64,000 bases of DNA, taken from Octopus vulgaris (taxonomy: Eukaryota). Positions 39,649 through 53,393 of this stretch are shown here, in pieces; positions within the stretch are counted from its first letter, which is position 1, and each line of letters starts with the position of its first letter. Location of the stretch: the NCBI GenBank assembly GCA_951406725.2, contig OX597815.1, forward strand, positions 155,496,001-155,560,000, written 5' to 3'. The notes under the pieces were generated by a model. That model was not told the DNA's origin. It worked only from the letters and a program-made list of their open reading frames with translations, and did not search any database. A program made the position numbers and the translations under genes.

Positions 39649-39721
39649 CAGTCTGATGAGAGCAGTCTTTGGTATTCATTTCATTTCCTAATATCTTGGC
39701 TGAAATGGATCTATAATACTG
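39649..39721 (+). ncRNA. Candidate hammerhead motif with extended stem II
   Basis: cagt-CTGATGA-g-agc...ggtatt...aatatc...gct-GAAA-tggatctATA-at-actg. Intact core, near-palindromic stem III, imperfect stem I. Confidence 0.45.
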
Positions 39722-40275
39722 TATATTTTGATGAATATATCCACTCTATTGACAAATGTATATGACTGCTACATTTTCTGGCTTACAGATTGGGTCAAAT
39801 AGAGTTTATTGAGGCAGACTCTCTAAATTTGGGTATTCTTCTTGTCACCAACCCTTATCTGGTTCCAAGACAGATAATATGACCTCGTGGCCAGATATAC
39901 CTTTGCAGTATACTGGAAATGAATAGCATTCATTTATAACAATCATCTACTGTCAAAACACATGCACATGATGGACTTCTTTCAGCTTCTGTCTACCAAA
40001 TCCACTCACAAGGCTTTGGTCAGTCTGAGAGTTATAGTGGAAGACACTCAAGGTGCTATACAGTAGGACTGAACTTGAAATCATGAGTTTGGGAAGTAGA
40101 TTTTTTAAATCAGCAGCCACTTCCTCACCTATAAATGTATGTGTGTGCATGTGTATATATATCAAATGTTGTGCCCGGTTCTTGTAAAAAATATCAAAGT
40201 GTTTAGTATACTCTTGCAGTCTTATAGTATAGTACATACATACACATATGTGTACGTATATGTATGTATGTATGC

Positions 40276-40319
<44 letters not shown>

Positions 40320-40467
40320 ATATACATATATATATATATATAATTAAGAGAAATAACTTCTGTTAAGTAATTCAATTGATAGTGAAAGATATTATCGATA
40401 TTAAATCATATAGAAGAAATTTAAATATATTATAATAAGTATTATTCTAAAAATCACTAAATTAAAT

Positions 40468-40587
40468 AAACCTTAAATTGACTATATCTTTAAATTGATT
40501 TCGTGACTATATCTTTAAATTGATAATAATAAAATCGATACTATTAAAATTAATTCGATTTAAAAATATAGCCACTCTTCAGGTCTA
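40468..40587 (-). ncRNA. Disrupted hammerhead motif in an AT-rich Penelope-like tail
   Basis: Minus strand tagac-CTGAAGA-gtggctatat...atatagtcac-GAAA (10-bp stem II); the stem III region is overwritten by a local duplication tcaatttaaagatatagtca. Confidence 0.5.
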
Positions 40588-41045
40588 AAATAATAAAATA
40601 AATGTATGTATCTTAACATATAACAATTAACAAATAAATAAATATAGAAATATATGTATCGTAACAATAAATATTCAAATAAAATGTAACAATATTAATA
40701 TATAGTGTTCTTACGTCTGTACCATGGTTTTATGCTAATATCCATTCCACTGAAGATCCCTGTATTCAGTGTCATGTATGTTAATGTGAAGTTATGGTAC
40801 AGAAGTGCATGAGTGTCTGTTTGTGCATGAATGCACAAGTCCTATATCGCTGTTTTATTTGTATGGTATACTTTTCACACCTAATAGAGAATAAATAATT
40901 AAATGACTAATAATCGCAATTCTTATTATTGCTATTGGTTTCTCATTATGCTGACAGTTGTTTATTATTTTGAGTCTAAAACAAATCGTCCTACCTTTTT
41001 ACACAGTCTTGCACCTCATTCTTTCGTAAAGGAAGAATTACTTAC

Positions 41046-41184
41046 CATCAGAACTGTTTAGAGAAGAATGATCAAATGAGGATGCTGCACGACCTGATCG
41101 TTTAGAACCAATTTTCTTAGCTATATTAGCTGTTCCTCTAGAAAGTGATCCCATATAGTTAGAACCCTTCTTTTTCTTATTATC
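41046..41184 (-). CDS. PLCE1: PLC-epsilon exon after RA2 (DNKKKKGSNYMGSLSRG...SSLNSSD)
   Basis: Acceptor ttgctgtttcag|GAT, donor G|gtaagt, 139 nt (phase 0/1). DNKKKKG parallels EDKKKG after human RA2. Confidence 0.8.
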
Positions 41185-41233
41185 CTGAAACAGCAATAAA
41201 AGAAATATCGTCATCATCATCATCATCACCACC

Positions 41234-41267
<34 letters not shown>

Positions 41268-42354
41268 TCATCATCATTTTAATACTTACATTTCCATGCC
41301 AACTTTCATTAGATGAAACTTATAAAACTTATTGAGGCACTTTTTAGTTTTTACAGTTTATTTACTTCCTAATACTAACCCTCGCATGTTTACAAGTAAG
41401 GTAATATTTGCTGTAGTCAAGGCAACAAACTGGCAGAAACGTTAGCATGCCAGTCAAAATGCTTAGTGGTACATTGTCTGCCGCTACATTCTGAGTTCAA
41501 ATTCTACCGAGGCGACTTTGCCTTTCATTCTTTGAGGGTCACTAAATTAAGTGCCAGTTGCATACTGAGATTGATTTAATCGACTGGCTCCCCCTCCCCC
41601 CAAATTTCAGGCCTTGTGCCTAGAGAAGAAAAGAATATTTGCCCTAGTCCTTCAAACAATAAACAGCACAATAGCTGGGTATGGTTTTGTCACAGTGTAT
41701 GATGAATATTAAGACCTTGTTTCTATGCAGCATACAAACAACATTAGGATAAAGGAAAGATAGAAGACAGAAGCACACACACATGCATACACATTTCTTA
41801 CAAGTTTCTTAGAGGTCCCATCTACTACTTCAGCTCACAAGGCATTGGTCAGCCCAAGACCAAAGAAGGCTCCTTTTCACAGTGCTATGCAGTGGAAATA
41901 AACTTTAAACCACATGGTTATGAAGCAAACTTCTTAATTACACAGCTATATATGTTTTTATAAGCTATTAATAAATCCTGGAACCCTATCCATCATCATC
42001 ATCATCATCATCGTTTAACGTCCATTTTCCATGCTAGCATGGGTTGGACGGTTTTGACTGGGGTCTGGGAGGACTGGAGGTTGCACCAGGCTCCAGTCTG
42101 ATCTGGCAGTGCTTCTACAGCTTGATGCCCTTCCTAACGCCAACCACTCCATGAGTGTAGTGGGTGCTTTTTACGTGCCACTGGCACAGGGGCCAGGGGA
42201 TGCTGGCAAACGGCCATGATCGGTTGGTGCTTTTACGTGTCCAGACACGAAATAAATAAATAAAGGTTTGCTATAAAGAGAAAGATCATCTTTGTACACA
42301 TGAAATCATTTCTGAAAAATATGAAAGATCATGGCACATTTGTGTCTGTTGCAG

Positions 42355-42580
42355 TCACAATTGAAATGAGAGCCCACAGAATTGTAAAATTGGCTTTAGG
42401 AAAGATATTAGATGTAGTTTGCCAGAGAGAAGACTGCAGTGGTATTGTAATATGATGCGTATGAAGGAAGACAGCTGCATAAAAGGGTTCAGGTCACTAA
42501 ATGTGAATTGAAGCTGTGAAAGAGGGAAACCCAGGAACACATGTAATGAAATAGTAAAGACAAACTTGTGCCTGCATCTG
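42355..42580 (+). mobile_element. Decayed RTE C-terminal fragment
   Basis: ERRLQWYCNMMRMKEDSCIK...RGKPRNTC, homologous to 8760-8910. Confidence 0.7.
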
Positions 42581-42785
42581 AGATACATATGTGCACACAT
42601 GTCTGTGCATGCCCACATCTACAAACACACATACATGCACACACACATACACACATGCACACAAGGTCAATTATAAGACATGTAACATGAATTAATTACA
42701 ATCTGATACAAAGCAGTGCAACTTGGGCTATATTTCTTTTTATTCTTATATTTCTTTTTTCTCCATGATAGTCCAAAAGGCTTAA

Positions 42786-42960
42786 CCCTTTAGCATTTAA
42801 ACTGGCCATATCCGGCCAAAAGTATTCTGCCTGTTTTATGTTCAAACTAGCCATATCTGGTCTCTCACACCAACCCTACAATATCTTTTAAAAAATTAAC
42901 AGCTACCTCATCAAAAAAAAGAAGCATTAATTTTGGTAGAATAAGGCGAACACTAAAGGG
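42786..42960. mobile_element. piggyBac-type MITE (longer relative in opposite orientation at 52393-52605)
   Basis: TTAA|ccctttag...ctaaaggg|TTAA; shared end gcatttaaactggycatatcyggccc. Confidence 0.8.
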
Positions 42961-44939
42961 TTAAATCTGTTTATTGAAGTATTTACTTGAATTATCTTCT
43001 CAAAGGACAACAGGGTATATCTAACTTCTGTTATCCCTTAACAGAAATTAATACAGTTGTTGTTAAATTTCATCTGATAAACGAAGATCAGTCACAGAAT
43101 GTTAAATGGCTTTAACAAAGAGAAAAAAATTGTTTCATGTTTGTTGCAGGTTTCTATTTACTTTTTTGTTGTCCTAAATTCCAGTTTGCTATTTGCATAA
43201 GCAGAAATTAAAGTTGTGTGCACTAAAATTATATTGAAAATATATACAAATTGAAATTTGTATTGAAATTCAAGGATAAACAAAAAAGAAGATAAAATAT
43301 GAATTTTATTCAATTTTGTCAAAAATCCAAGTGATTCTATGTATGTATGTATGTATGTATGTATGTATGTATGTATGTATGTATATTTGTTTGTATGCAT
43401 GTATATATGTAAGTATGTATATCCATAAATTTGTTCTTATCTATTTGAATTTGAATATGCAGGTGATTTTGTATATATGCTCACTCTTTGTATATATGTC
43501 TGTGTGTGTGTGTACGTATGTTTTCTTATATATATTTGGTTATGTGTGTATGTATGTGTGGATGCCAGAGTGTGTGTGTGCATATGTGGATGTCAGAGTG
43601 TGTGTGTGTGTGTGTATGTATATGTGAATATAACTGTATTTCACTCTAGATATGTGTGTGAGTGTCAGTGTGTGTGTGTGTGTGTGTGACTCTCTTACCT
43701 TTCTGTACTACTAGATTTCCTCTTTATTCTATCTCACAACTATCTATACAACTCCTGATTATGAACTATCTATAAACGTTTCATCCAAATGTAAATTCTG
43801 TATTACTTGAGTCTCTCTCTGAAGAAGTTTTAATAAGAAATTTCTTACATGTTTCTCCTACATGTACCATTTTGTTATTCCTATTAGCAAACGAAACATG
43901 TGTAATGGGGAATAATACCAAAACAACTTTTCCAACTTCCTATTCCTATTTTCACACACAGACACACACACACACACACACTGTGATGTAGGAGAATACT
44001 CATAATGTGGCATGCATTGATAGAGTATCGTACAGCTTAGATTTATATTTGTTAGAATTTTGAAGTTTATGGTTGAAGATGATGAGACAAAGAGGGAAAA
44101 GATTGGAAAGAATGATATTTAGTGACCAATACACACATTCATAAATTATAAACACAAAAAAAATCATATGAAGAGTATATAGTTGGTAGCATGAAGTTAT
44201 AAAAATTTTATGATAATAAACAGTATTAAACACTAACTCATCTAAATATAATGGAGCAAGATGATTATGAAAAAAATGTCTCTCTCTCTTTTCTCTCTTT
44301 TACTTGTTTCAGTCATGTGACTGTGGCCATGCTGGAGCACTGCCTTAAGTCTATCAAATCAATCCCAGGACTTATTCTTTGTAAGCCTAGTGCTTATTTT
44401 ATCAGTCTCTATTTTGGCAAACCGCTAAGTTATGGGGATGTAAACACACCAACATCGGTTGTCAAGTGATGTTGTGGGGACAAACATAGACACACAAACA
44501 CGCACATACATATATATATATATATACATATATGCGACGGGCTTCTTTCAGTTTCCGTCTACCAAATCCACTCACAAGGCTTTGGTTGGCCCGAGGTTAT
44601 AGTAGAAGACACTTACCCAAGTTGCCTAGCAGTGGGACTGAACCCGGAACCATGTGGTTCGTAAGCAAGCTACTTACCACACAGACACTCCTATGCCTAT
44701 GTAATTTACTAAACTAATTTTTTTTAAAGTCAAGAAATGATTAAAAAGATTTTGGAAATTCGAACATTAATATATTTTTGAGAAAAGGAAACTTTTTTTA
44801 GTTCTTTTAATCAAATCACAAACCAATTGTTAATTCATTAAAGTATCTGCTCTCTGTTTCCATCATTGAATTTATTCTTTTCTGACTTATTCCTAATTCA
44901 GCATGTTTATTCATTACTAGCTAGTAATAACATATATTA

Positions 44940-45245
44940 CTAATGGAGAAGTTCTTAAGCAGATCAGGCCGAAAATGTTGCTAGAAGCTAGGATCACCAA
45001 GCACAGATTGGCATATTTTGGTCATATTATGCGAAGAAAATCCCTGGAGAAGGACATCATGCTCGGAATGGTCAGTGGCAAGAGAGGAAGAGGCCGACTA
45101 AGAACCCGCTGGCTTGACACCATCAAGAGTGATACTGAAATGAACATAGCTAATCTGAAAGAAGTGGCCCAGGATAGAACTGACTGGAGGACACTGATCC
45201 ATCGAGTAACCGAGTCGACTTTGACTGAGCGTATAGATAGATAGA
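44940..45245 (+). mobile_element. BovB-like RTE LINE 3' fragment with (GATA)n tail
   Basis: LEARITKHRLAYFGHIMRRKSLEKDIMLGMVSGKRGRGRLRTRWLDTIKSD...DRTDWRTLIHRV resembles the BovB C-terminus (YFGHLMRR..SLEKTLMLG..RRRGRQRMRWLD). Confidence 0.85.
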
Positions 45246-45255
45246 ATAACATATA

Positions 45256-46143
45256 TTGAGATGAGCCAAAAATTTTGCAATATTTGCATACTTGCTAGTT
45301 TGCATCATGTGTGTCATGAACCGAAGCAGTTCAAACTGTGCAAGGTATCCACTGAGGTTGGTAGTATCATGGTAGTTGGTGTGCTGACACGTTGTGCATT
45401 GCTTCACTCTGTGTATGATTTAAAAGCTGTACACATGAATATGCAATGTAGTCTAATTCGGGAACCTATACTTTTTGAGTTCAAACTGGGCCATAACAAT
45501 TTGAAAGCAACCAAAAACATGTTGTGCATAAGGTGAAATCATAGTTCATCACAATACAGTAACCAGATGGTTCAAGGAATTTTGCTCGGGTTGCTAGAAT
45601 CTTGATGATCAGGCAAGGTCACATAGGCCTAGAAAAGTGGATTCTGAGGCTGTACTCCAAGCTTTAGAGTTAAATCTGGTGAATAGCACTCAGGTAAGCT
45701 CAGTATCTCATGGATGTATGCTACTATGTGGCTAAAATACCCAGCATTGGTTAACAGAAAGCAAGCTCTTCTGCATCAAGACACCACAGAACTTCATACT
45801 ACTTGAATGACCTGGAATAAACTCCAAGGAATTGAACTGATGTCACACCCAGCATGTAGTTCAAACCTAGCTCCTTTGGATTATTACTTGTTCTCATCCA
45901 TGGCTTACTTTATGTGCTTGTGATGCTTTATCAACCAAGAGGAGGTAGAGGCTTCAGTAAAGGAAATTGTCACCTCAGTGGACAAGAGTTGATATCAGTT
46001 TAGTATCAAAGAACTGGCATAAAAGTGGCTTCAGGCAGTGCAACATGATGGCCTCTACATTGAACATTAGGCTGCTTTTGTTGTAACTTGATAAGTAAAG
46101 CAAATAAGTTAACAAATATTGCAAAACTTTTGACTCAACACAA
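45256..46143 (+). mobile_element. Internally deleted mariner (second subfamily)
   Basis: TA|ttgagatgagccaaaaattttgcaatatttg ... caaatattgcaaaacttttgactcaacacaa|TA. Remnants LFEFKLGH, TVTRWFKEF, LDDQARSHRP and HPACSSNLAPLDYYLF (YSPDLAPxD motif). Confidence 0.9.
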
Positions 46144-46877
46144 TACTAGAAGTAAATAATGATACAAGACATGTAATTTGGTAGGCTGGAAGACTGCATG
46201 GGGTACGAGAGTAGGAGGTATAGAAAGAATGAGAGACACATGATGGTGGCAAATGGGAGATAATGTGGGGGCTTGGGGATGATCCCTGTAAAATGTGGGG
46301 AGAGAGGACAGTATAAGGATGAAGGATGGATATCAAGTGAAATGGTTCTAAGCACTGAGAAGGATTAATGATATCAAGGAAAAGCTGCAATTAGGGAGAT
46401 GAAGGTGATGGGGGATGTCTTGTGGAGGAAATTGAATGAAGGGATCAGTTGTGCTTATACTGTATGTACACATGCACAGCACTTCCAGAACTTAGTTTTA
46501 CTGATTTGGGCAGAGTTTCTTGAGAGCTGCATTTCTCTGGTCATTTTGCTCCCTTATTATATTCTTCATAAAATTCAAGGACTTGAGATTATCCTTCAAC
46601 GTTTCATCCCATGTCTTTCTGGGTTTTCCTCTTCTACACACCAAGTGATTGTCATTTTATGCAGTTGCCTTCATCCATATGCATCACATGTCCATAACAG
46701 CACAATCTTCTTTGTTGCACATTACAACCATTTCCTTTTTTACGCTATCATATTACATATGTTTACATAAATACATATAAATACGTATAAATGCATATGT
46801 GTATATAAGTATATGTGTACGTGTGTCTATATATATATGTGTGTGTATGTGTGTATATATACAGGAATATACATGCA

Positions 46878-46930
<53 letters not shown>

Positions 46931-47534
46931 ACACACATTGTGGAGGTGCAATGGCCCAGTGGTTAGGGCAGCGGACTCGCAGTTGTAGGATCGTGGTTTC
47001 GATTCCCAGACCGGGTATTATGTGTGTTTATTGAGCGGAAACACCTAAAGCTCCACAAGGCTCCAGCAGAGGGTGGTGGCGATCCCTGTTGTACTCTTTC
47101 GCCACAACTTTCTCTCACTCTTTGGTCTGCTTGCTTAGCCAGCGGGGTGGTGTCATTTGAAAGCTAAAACAATGCTAAGCGCTTTGTGACCAGTGATGTG
47201 TAGCAGCATCAGATAGCCTGGTTGATCATGGTGATATATATATATATTTTTTTTTGCATGTGTGTGAATATGTGTATTTAAAATAAGTATATATGACTAT
47301 GTATGTACATATATTTATGTATGTATATGTATATACATGTGTATGTGTGCTCACATATGTGTCTGCGTGAATAAAAAAAACACATAGCAGAAATTTCTGC
47401 TAACTTATGTGATTTTTACTAGTATTAACATCTTCATCATATATGGGAGACAACTTTGCAATAAAACAAAGATTTCACAGTACTTCATGAAATAGTTACT
47501 GGAGAATAACTAAGTAAATTTGCAAGGACATATA

Positions 47535-48045
47535 CTGTAAATCTTCAAGTATAGTCCACCCTTGAATATAATACGCAGGGTAGTTTTAGGAGGCTGTACC
47601 TCTGAAAAACCTAAACTTGTGTATAATATGCACCCCTTCTCTAACTTGAGTCAAGGAAGTCTATATAACGTCCTTGGTTTGTAAAACTGTATATGGTAGC
47701 GTCCTTTATTATTATTGTACCTATAACATAATGCAAAGGTGTAGCTTTTTTCTGCATTTTGTTTGCAGAAAATAAAGAAATAACAGTAATAATGTTTAAT
47801 AAATGCTGCTTACTGCAAGTTATGGATGATTCTTTTATGACTTCATTACTTTCAGGTTTAGCTTAAGTTATTTTCGCGCCCGACATCACAAAATGCGTCT
47901 GAATAAACATTGCCGGACAGCAAATAGAGACTCAGACATTGCTTAGAAAATGATTTTCATTTTTAACCTCGTATATAGTACGCACTAGGGATTTTGACCT
48001 TTAAATTTTGGGGAAAAAATGCGGATTATACTCGAGGATTTACGG
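47535..48045. mobile_element. Tc1/mariner-superfamily MITE (Tc2/pogo-like ends)
   Basis: TA|ctgtaaatcttcaagtata ... tatactcgaggatttacgg|TA with subterminal gtatartacgca repeats; non-coding. Confidence 0.8.
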
Positions 48046-50145
48046 TACTCTTTGACTTAGAAAAACTAAAATTGTTAAGAGCATAAAGTATTCAGTAATG
48101 CTTTCTGAATTTAGAACAATAGTTAGGTGGTCGTTAACATATTTAATTTGAGAGCATTGAAAGCTACATAGAAACAATGATGTGGTGGAAAATGTAATTT
48201 GCTGACAATCTTGTTGTCAGAGAAGAAAATGAATGGAAGATTATGCCGTTACCCCAGACCAATAGAATTAGTTACAGGGAATGATAAAATGTTAGTATAT
48301 AATCTCTTGGATAAAATCAAGAAAAGCAGTAAGCTACTTATAAATTGAGCTTGCTTCATGAAAATATTAGGGTTGATAAAGCTAGCCCTAGTTGCATGCC
48401 AATATAAAATTGTCTGTTGTTTAACCACAGGTCATCCCAAATCCAACTGACCTAGATCAAAAGCATTTTAGCTGTGATCATTTTTTTGTTCTAACTTTTA
48501 GTGAAATGAAGGCGCACAGCTCAGTGATTAGCATGTCGGGCTCACAATCATAAGGTAGTGAGTTTTTCCTGGACCGGGCTGCATGTTGTGTTCTTGAGCA
48601 AGACACTTATTTCCCATTGCTCCAGGTCATTCATCTGAAGAAATGAGTTGCACTATCACTGGTACCAAAATGTATCAGTCTTTACTTTTCCCTTGAATAA
48701 CATGAGTGGTGTGGCGAGGTGAGGCGGGTATGCATGGGCGATTGCTGGTCTTCCATAAACAACCTTTTCCAGACTTGTGCATCAGAGGGTAATTTTCTAA
48801 GTGCAATCCCATGGTCATTCATGACCAAAGGAGGTCTTTATCCTTTAGTCAAAAGCAAAGGCAGTGCCCATGGTCCTTTACAAAGGAGGGAGTGGCAAAG
48901 GTATCCTCAACCAAAACACCTTGCCCAATTCCTGCAACAAAGTAGACTGTGCTAAGGGCTCACATTGTGCCAGCTGGTAGGGTTAAATCTAGCACCTAGG
49001 TAAACCATGGTCAGATATGAACTTAAAATGCAAAGAACCACAATAAATATATATTTATTGCCCACAAGGGGCTAAACATAGAGGGAACAAACAAGGACAG
49101 ACAAAGGGGTTAAGTCGATTACATCGACCCCAGTGCGAAACTGGTACTTTATTTATCGACCCTGAAAGGATGAAAGGCAAAGTTGCCCTCGGCGAAATTT
49201 GAACTCAGAACGTAACGACAGATGAAATACCGCTAAGCATTTCGCCCAGTGCGGTAACGTGTCTGCCAGCTCGCCATGAACCAGAACAAATATCTCAAGG
49301 CATCTGGTCCAATTTTCTTACAGTTCCACCAGTCTATTGCCCTAGGGTGATACCTTATTTTATTTTTTTATCAAGCCCATAAAGGATGAAAGGCAAGGTT
49401 GATGTGAGTGGGATTTGATCCTAGAGAGTTGGAATAGATACCATAAGGCATTCTATCTAGCACTCTTGTGACTCCAGTTTGCCCAGTTCATTTTGGTATT
49501 TGCTAGCAAGCAAACGAACAAAATATCAAGCCAATGAAGAGGCCTCTCACATGGTTGTTCAACATGCAAGAAATAGCAGCCAAATCTTCAAGACAGTCTC
49601 TATTTTGTTTTAAAAAATAAACATTCAGATATTGGACAGAGCACCTTTAATGATAAGTCCACTTTATGAGGGCTAGTCTAAACAAGAACAATGAAATGCA
49701 AGAAAGAAATGTACTGATTTGAGCCAAAGAATGAGATGCACAGAGGTAGAAGAAAGTGCACTATAATATATAATGAAAAAGAAACACTAAACTGATCACA
49801 AGGGCAAAGAAATGCATTATAATGCAGAGAGAAAAAATGCAGCAGAATACAGCCCCCACAAAAGAATGGAAACAAGATGCATTTGAATAAGTAGAAATAG
49901 AAGAGTATGCACTTTAATACATAAAAAAAATGAAAATTCACTAGAATGTACAAAGAAAGAAAATAAAAATACACTAGACTGTAAAAAAAATGTGACACAT
50001 TTGAGTAAAACACTAAATTCTACTCAAGCAGGGATCATCAGAACTAGATCAACAAAGAGAAATAGAAGAAAAGATCCTAGATATCTGATTTGTGATGAAA
50101 GTTTTGACAGTAAAATTCAAAAGTTCTTTATCTGGAAACACTTAC

Positions 50146-50391
50146 ACATAACTCAAATTCATCATCCACTTTGTTTCTGTGCAGGAGAATGAATTTCCCA
50201 AATGTTTTCCATTCATTTTGAGCTTGATATACGTTATCTTCATTGCTTAATACGTGCCGTTCACTTTTCTGTACTGTCCGACTGTTTCTCTGACTGCTAG
50301 CTGTGTCTGATGTGAACAATACTTCCAATTCTTGTACAAGAACAAAATCCCGTGGATCACACATGTTGATGCGCCGAGATTTCATCATAGC
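50146..50391 (-). CDS. PLCE1: PLC-epsilon exon: C-terminal half of RA2 (82 aa)
   Basis: Acceptor ccattctag|GCT, donor TGT|gtaagt, 246 nt, phase 0/0. AMMKSRRINMCDPRDFVLVQELEV...RHVLSNEDNVYQAQNEWKTFGKFILLHRNKVDDEFELC shows RA2 motifs DFVL, VYQAQ and WKxxGKFIL. Confidence 0.93.
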
Positions 50392-51866
50392 CTAGAATGG
50401 ATAAAGAAATTAAATAAATTTGTATGTTTAAACAATGTTTAGAAGTAGATTCATGCAATTCGTGTATGTAAAGATTTCATCATCATTATCATCGTCGTTT
50501 AACGTCCACTTTCCATGCTAGCATGGGTTGGATGATTTGACTGATGGCTGCACCAGGCTCCAATCTTGATCTGGCAGAGTTTCTACAGCTGGATGCCTTT
50601 CCTAACGCCAGGATGCCCTTCGAATATATAAACTGATTGAAGTAGTGATAGTACAGTTGACTTATGCAGGAACTTCTAAACTAGTGATACTAATATAGTT
50701 CAAGATAAGTTTCAATTTGTGTGTGTGTGTGTGTGTTTAGATTTGAGTCTAAGTCTTCCAAGACATAGATTCACTTGAGTTCTTCGCTTCATGAGTTAAT
50801 TCTGCCATCAAGATAAATCATTGTTTAGATGGATGAAATAAATAACTTTGAATAAGTAAACTCTGATGAATACTGTTAGTTGTACATACTATTGTACATA
50901 TGTATGTATAGATATTTATTTATTTGAATCTGAGACCTTGCTCCATCACTATTCTAAGTTTCCTCTTTCTATTTTATACAGCTACATATATGTATGTGTG
51001 TGTGATTAATATGTTGGATGGTGAAACTGTATGACAGCCCATTGTATAAATGTGTACATCAATTATTATAGTTTATCCTTTCGGATGATTGCTTTGAGCT
51101 AAATAAATGGTGATATGATGTCACAAATTATCTCCCAGCTCTGTGCTTTTGAAGACAAAACAGGGAAGGGTTAGTGAGAGAAAAGACATATTTGGCTGTA
51201 AAACATTGCCTTTGTATTGTCTATATGTGCAATCCATGCTAGCATGGAAACATCGTCATCATTTTAGCATTTATTTTTCTCTGATTGCATGGGTCAGACA
51301 GAATTAGTTGAATCAGATTTTCTACAGTTGGATGCCCTTCCACCCACCAACCCATACTTGTTTCTAGGCAAAGTAATATTTCATTTATGAAATATGGAAG
51401 ACTGGAAATAAATTATGCTGTTTGCATGATGGTGATGCTTATTTAGAACGATCACATGATGTCAAGTCAATGAAAGAAAGACATTCATACATACACATCA
51501 TTATCAGTGTCATTCTTTAAGATCCATGTTCCATGGTGAGCTTCTTTCAGTTTCCATCTACCAAGTCCACTCACAAGACTTTGAGCTGCACCTACCTAAA
51601 CAACACCTACCTAAATAGCTGCACAGGGGGACCAAACCCAAAATGGCATAACTGAGAAGCAAACTTATTAATCACAAAGCTTTGTCTGTGTACAATGTAA
51701 AATAAATAAATGATACCTAGCAGCTGGTGCAGAGAAACGGAATGGTATAATCCTGACCAAGTATGAAACTTACACACTGGAATGTTTAGAGAACAATATA
51801 CTCAGACTATGAAAATTAAAAATGCAGTAGTACAATAAAAATATAGAATTGTGAGTGACCATCTAC

Positions 51867-52016
51867 CTGAGTGATTATATCTTGAGCTGTACTAGATACT
51901 GGCGCTTTAAATACTGTATAGGGCTGATCTGGTGAGACATTATATACACATACTAAAAACATATTCTCTTCTGAATCCCAAACTGCTGAGTCATCATCAG
52001 TTGAGTCCATTTTTTT
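51867..52016 (-). CDS. PLCE1: PLC-epsilon exon: N-terminal half of RA2 (50 aa)
   Basis: Acceptor ctttgttctttttag|AAA, donor CAG|gtagat. KKMDSTDDDSAVWDSEENMFLVCVYNVSPDQPYTVFKAPVSSTAQDIITQ closely matches recalled human PLCE1 RA2 ([36 protein letters not shown]). Confidence 0.95.
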
Positions 52017-52708
52017 CTAAAAAGAACAAAGCAAATGCAAAAAAATTAATGGAATTAGTTAAGTTATAAATAAATTTCATTTTAATTTTATTCTGTAAAG
52101 CATACAAAAGGAAAAGAGAATTATATTTCAATCTATATCTGTAGTGATACAAGGTAATTTTGTGGCTTAGTTCTTTTTTTATTATTGTTTTATATTATTT
52201 ATTTTATTTGCACACACATTGGTGCTGTTGCTGTTTTGTGACTAATGAGACCAAACACTTTCTTTGTTTCTCTCCATAGACAGAGGAAATGAATCTAACT
52301 GACCAGCATCAAACTTTGATGCTCTTCAGAGATAAAATACCATTTGATCTTCCTGCTGAGAGAAATATAGCTAAAACCCACATAGCCATTAATCTTTTAG
52401 CTTTCAGATTACTCTGTCAAATGTAATGCCTATTCATTCACATTGTTTTGAATTATTTATCATGTAGCTTTGAGATTTCAATGAGGTGAGTGTGTAATTT
52501 TACAATGACATTGTAGGGTAGGTTTGAGAAGCTGGGTATGGCCAATTTGAAAATAAAATAGATAAATTATTTGGGCCAGATATGACCAGTTTAAATGCTG
52601 AAGGCTTAAATATTGTGATCTTGCTTAATTGATTAGCTTGGTTTGCAGAGTGTTATTTTAGTGATTTATTTAAATTAATTAATTAAGTACTGATTAGAAT
52701 TCACTCTA

Positions 52709-52899
52709 AAGTTGTATATTCAGGAGATGAGGAATTATGTACATTATTTATATTATTTACATTTGACAGATATTTGTCCTCATCTTGTTTCTTGTTAACA
52801 CAACATTTCAGCTGAATGTTAACACAACATTCCAGCCTTCATCAGGTGTCTTGGGGAAATTTCAAACCCGGGTTCTCATGCCTAAGGTATTTTTCGATG

Positions 52900-52960
<61 letters not shown>

Positions 52961-53133
52961 GTTTGACTTTTGCTTTATATTTGTACATGTTGGCTCCAAG
53001 TCTCACCCAGAGACATCAAGAGACAACAGGGTTGGAAGTTCATGTTATTGTTATGCCTAGTGTGCCATATATTTGGGGGGTGGGGGTGTTGTACTAATGA
53101 ATGTCTAAAAAAAAAAGTTTTATTTTTTTAAAA

Positions 53134-53205
<72 letters not shown>

Positions 53206-53350
53206 TCACTGCTTGGAATCAAACTCAGAATCTTGGGGTTAGTAGCCCGTACTCTTAACCACTATGCCATATGCCCGGGCATATGGCATAGCGGTTAAGA
53301 GTGTGGGCTACTAACCCCAGGATTCTGAGTTCTAAGCAGTGACCTGAATG

Positions 53351-53393
<43 letters not shown>

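Noticed and set aside
53202-53346. tRNA-like sequences as real tRNA genes (also SINE heads elsewhere)
   Set aside because: Acceptor and T stems are broken and each is fused to a repeat body; these are element heads.
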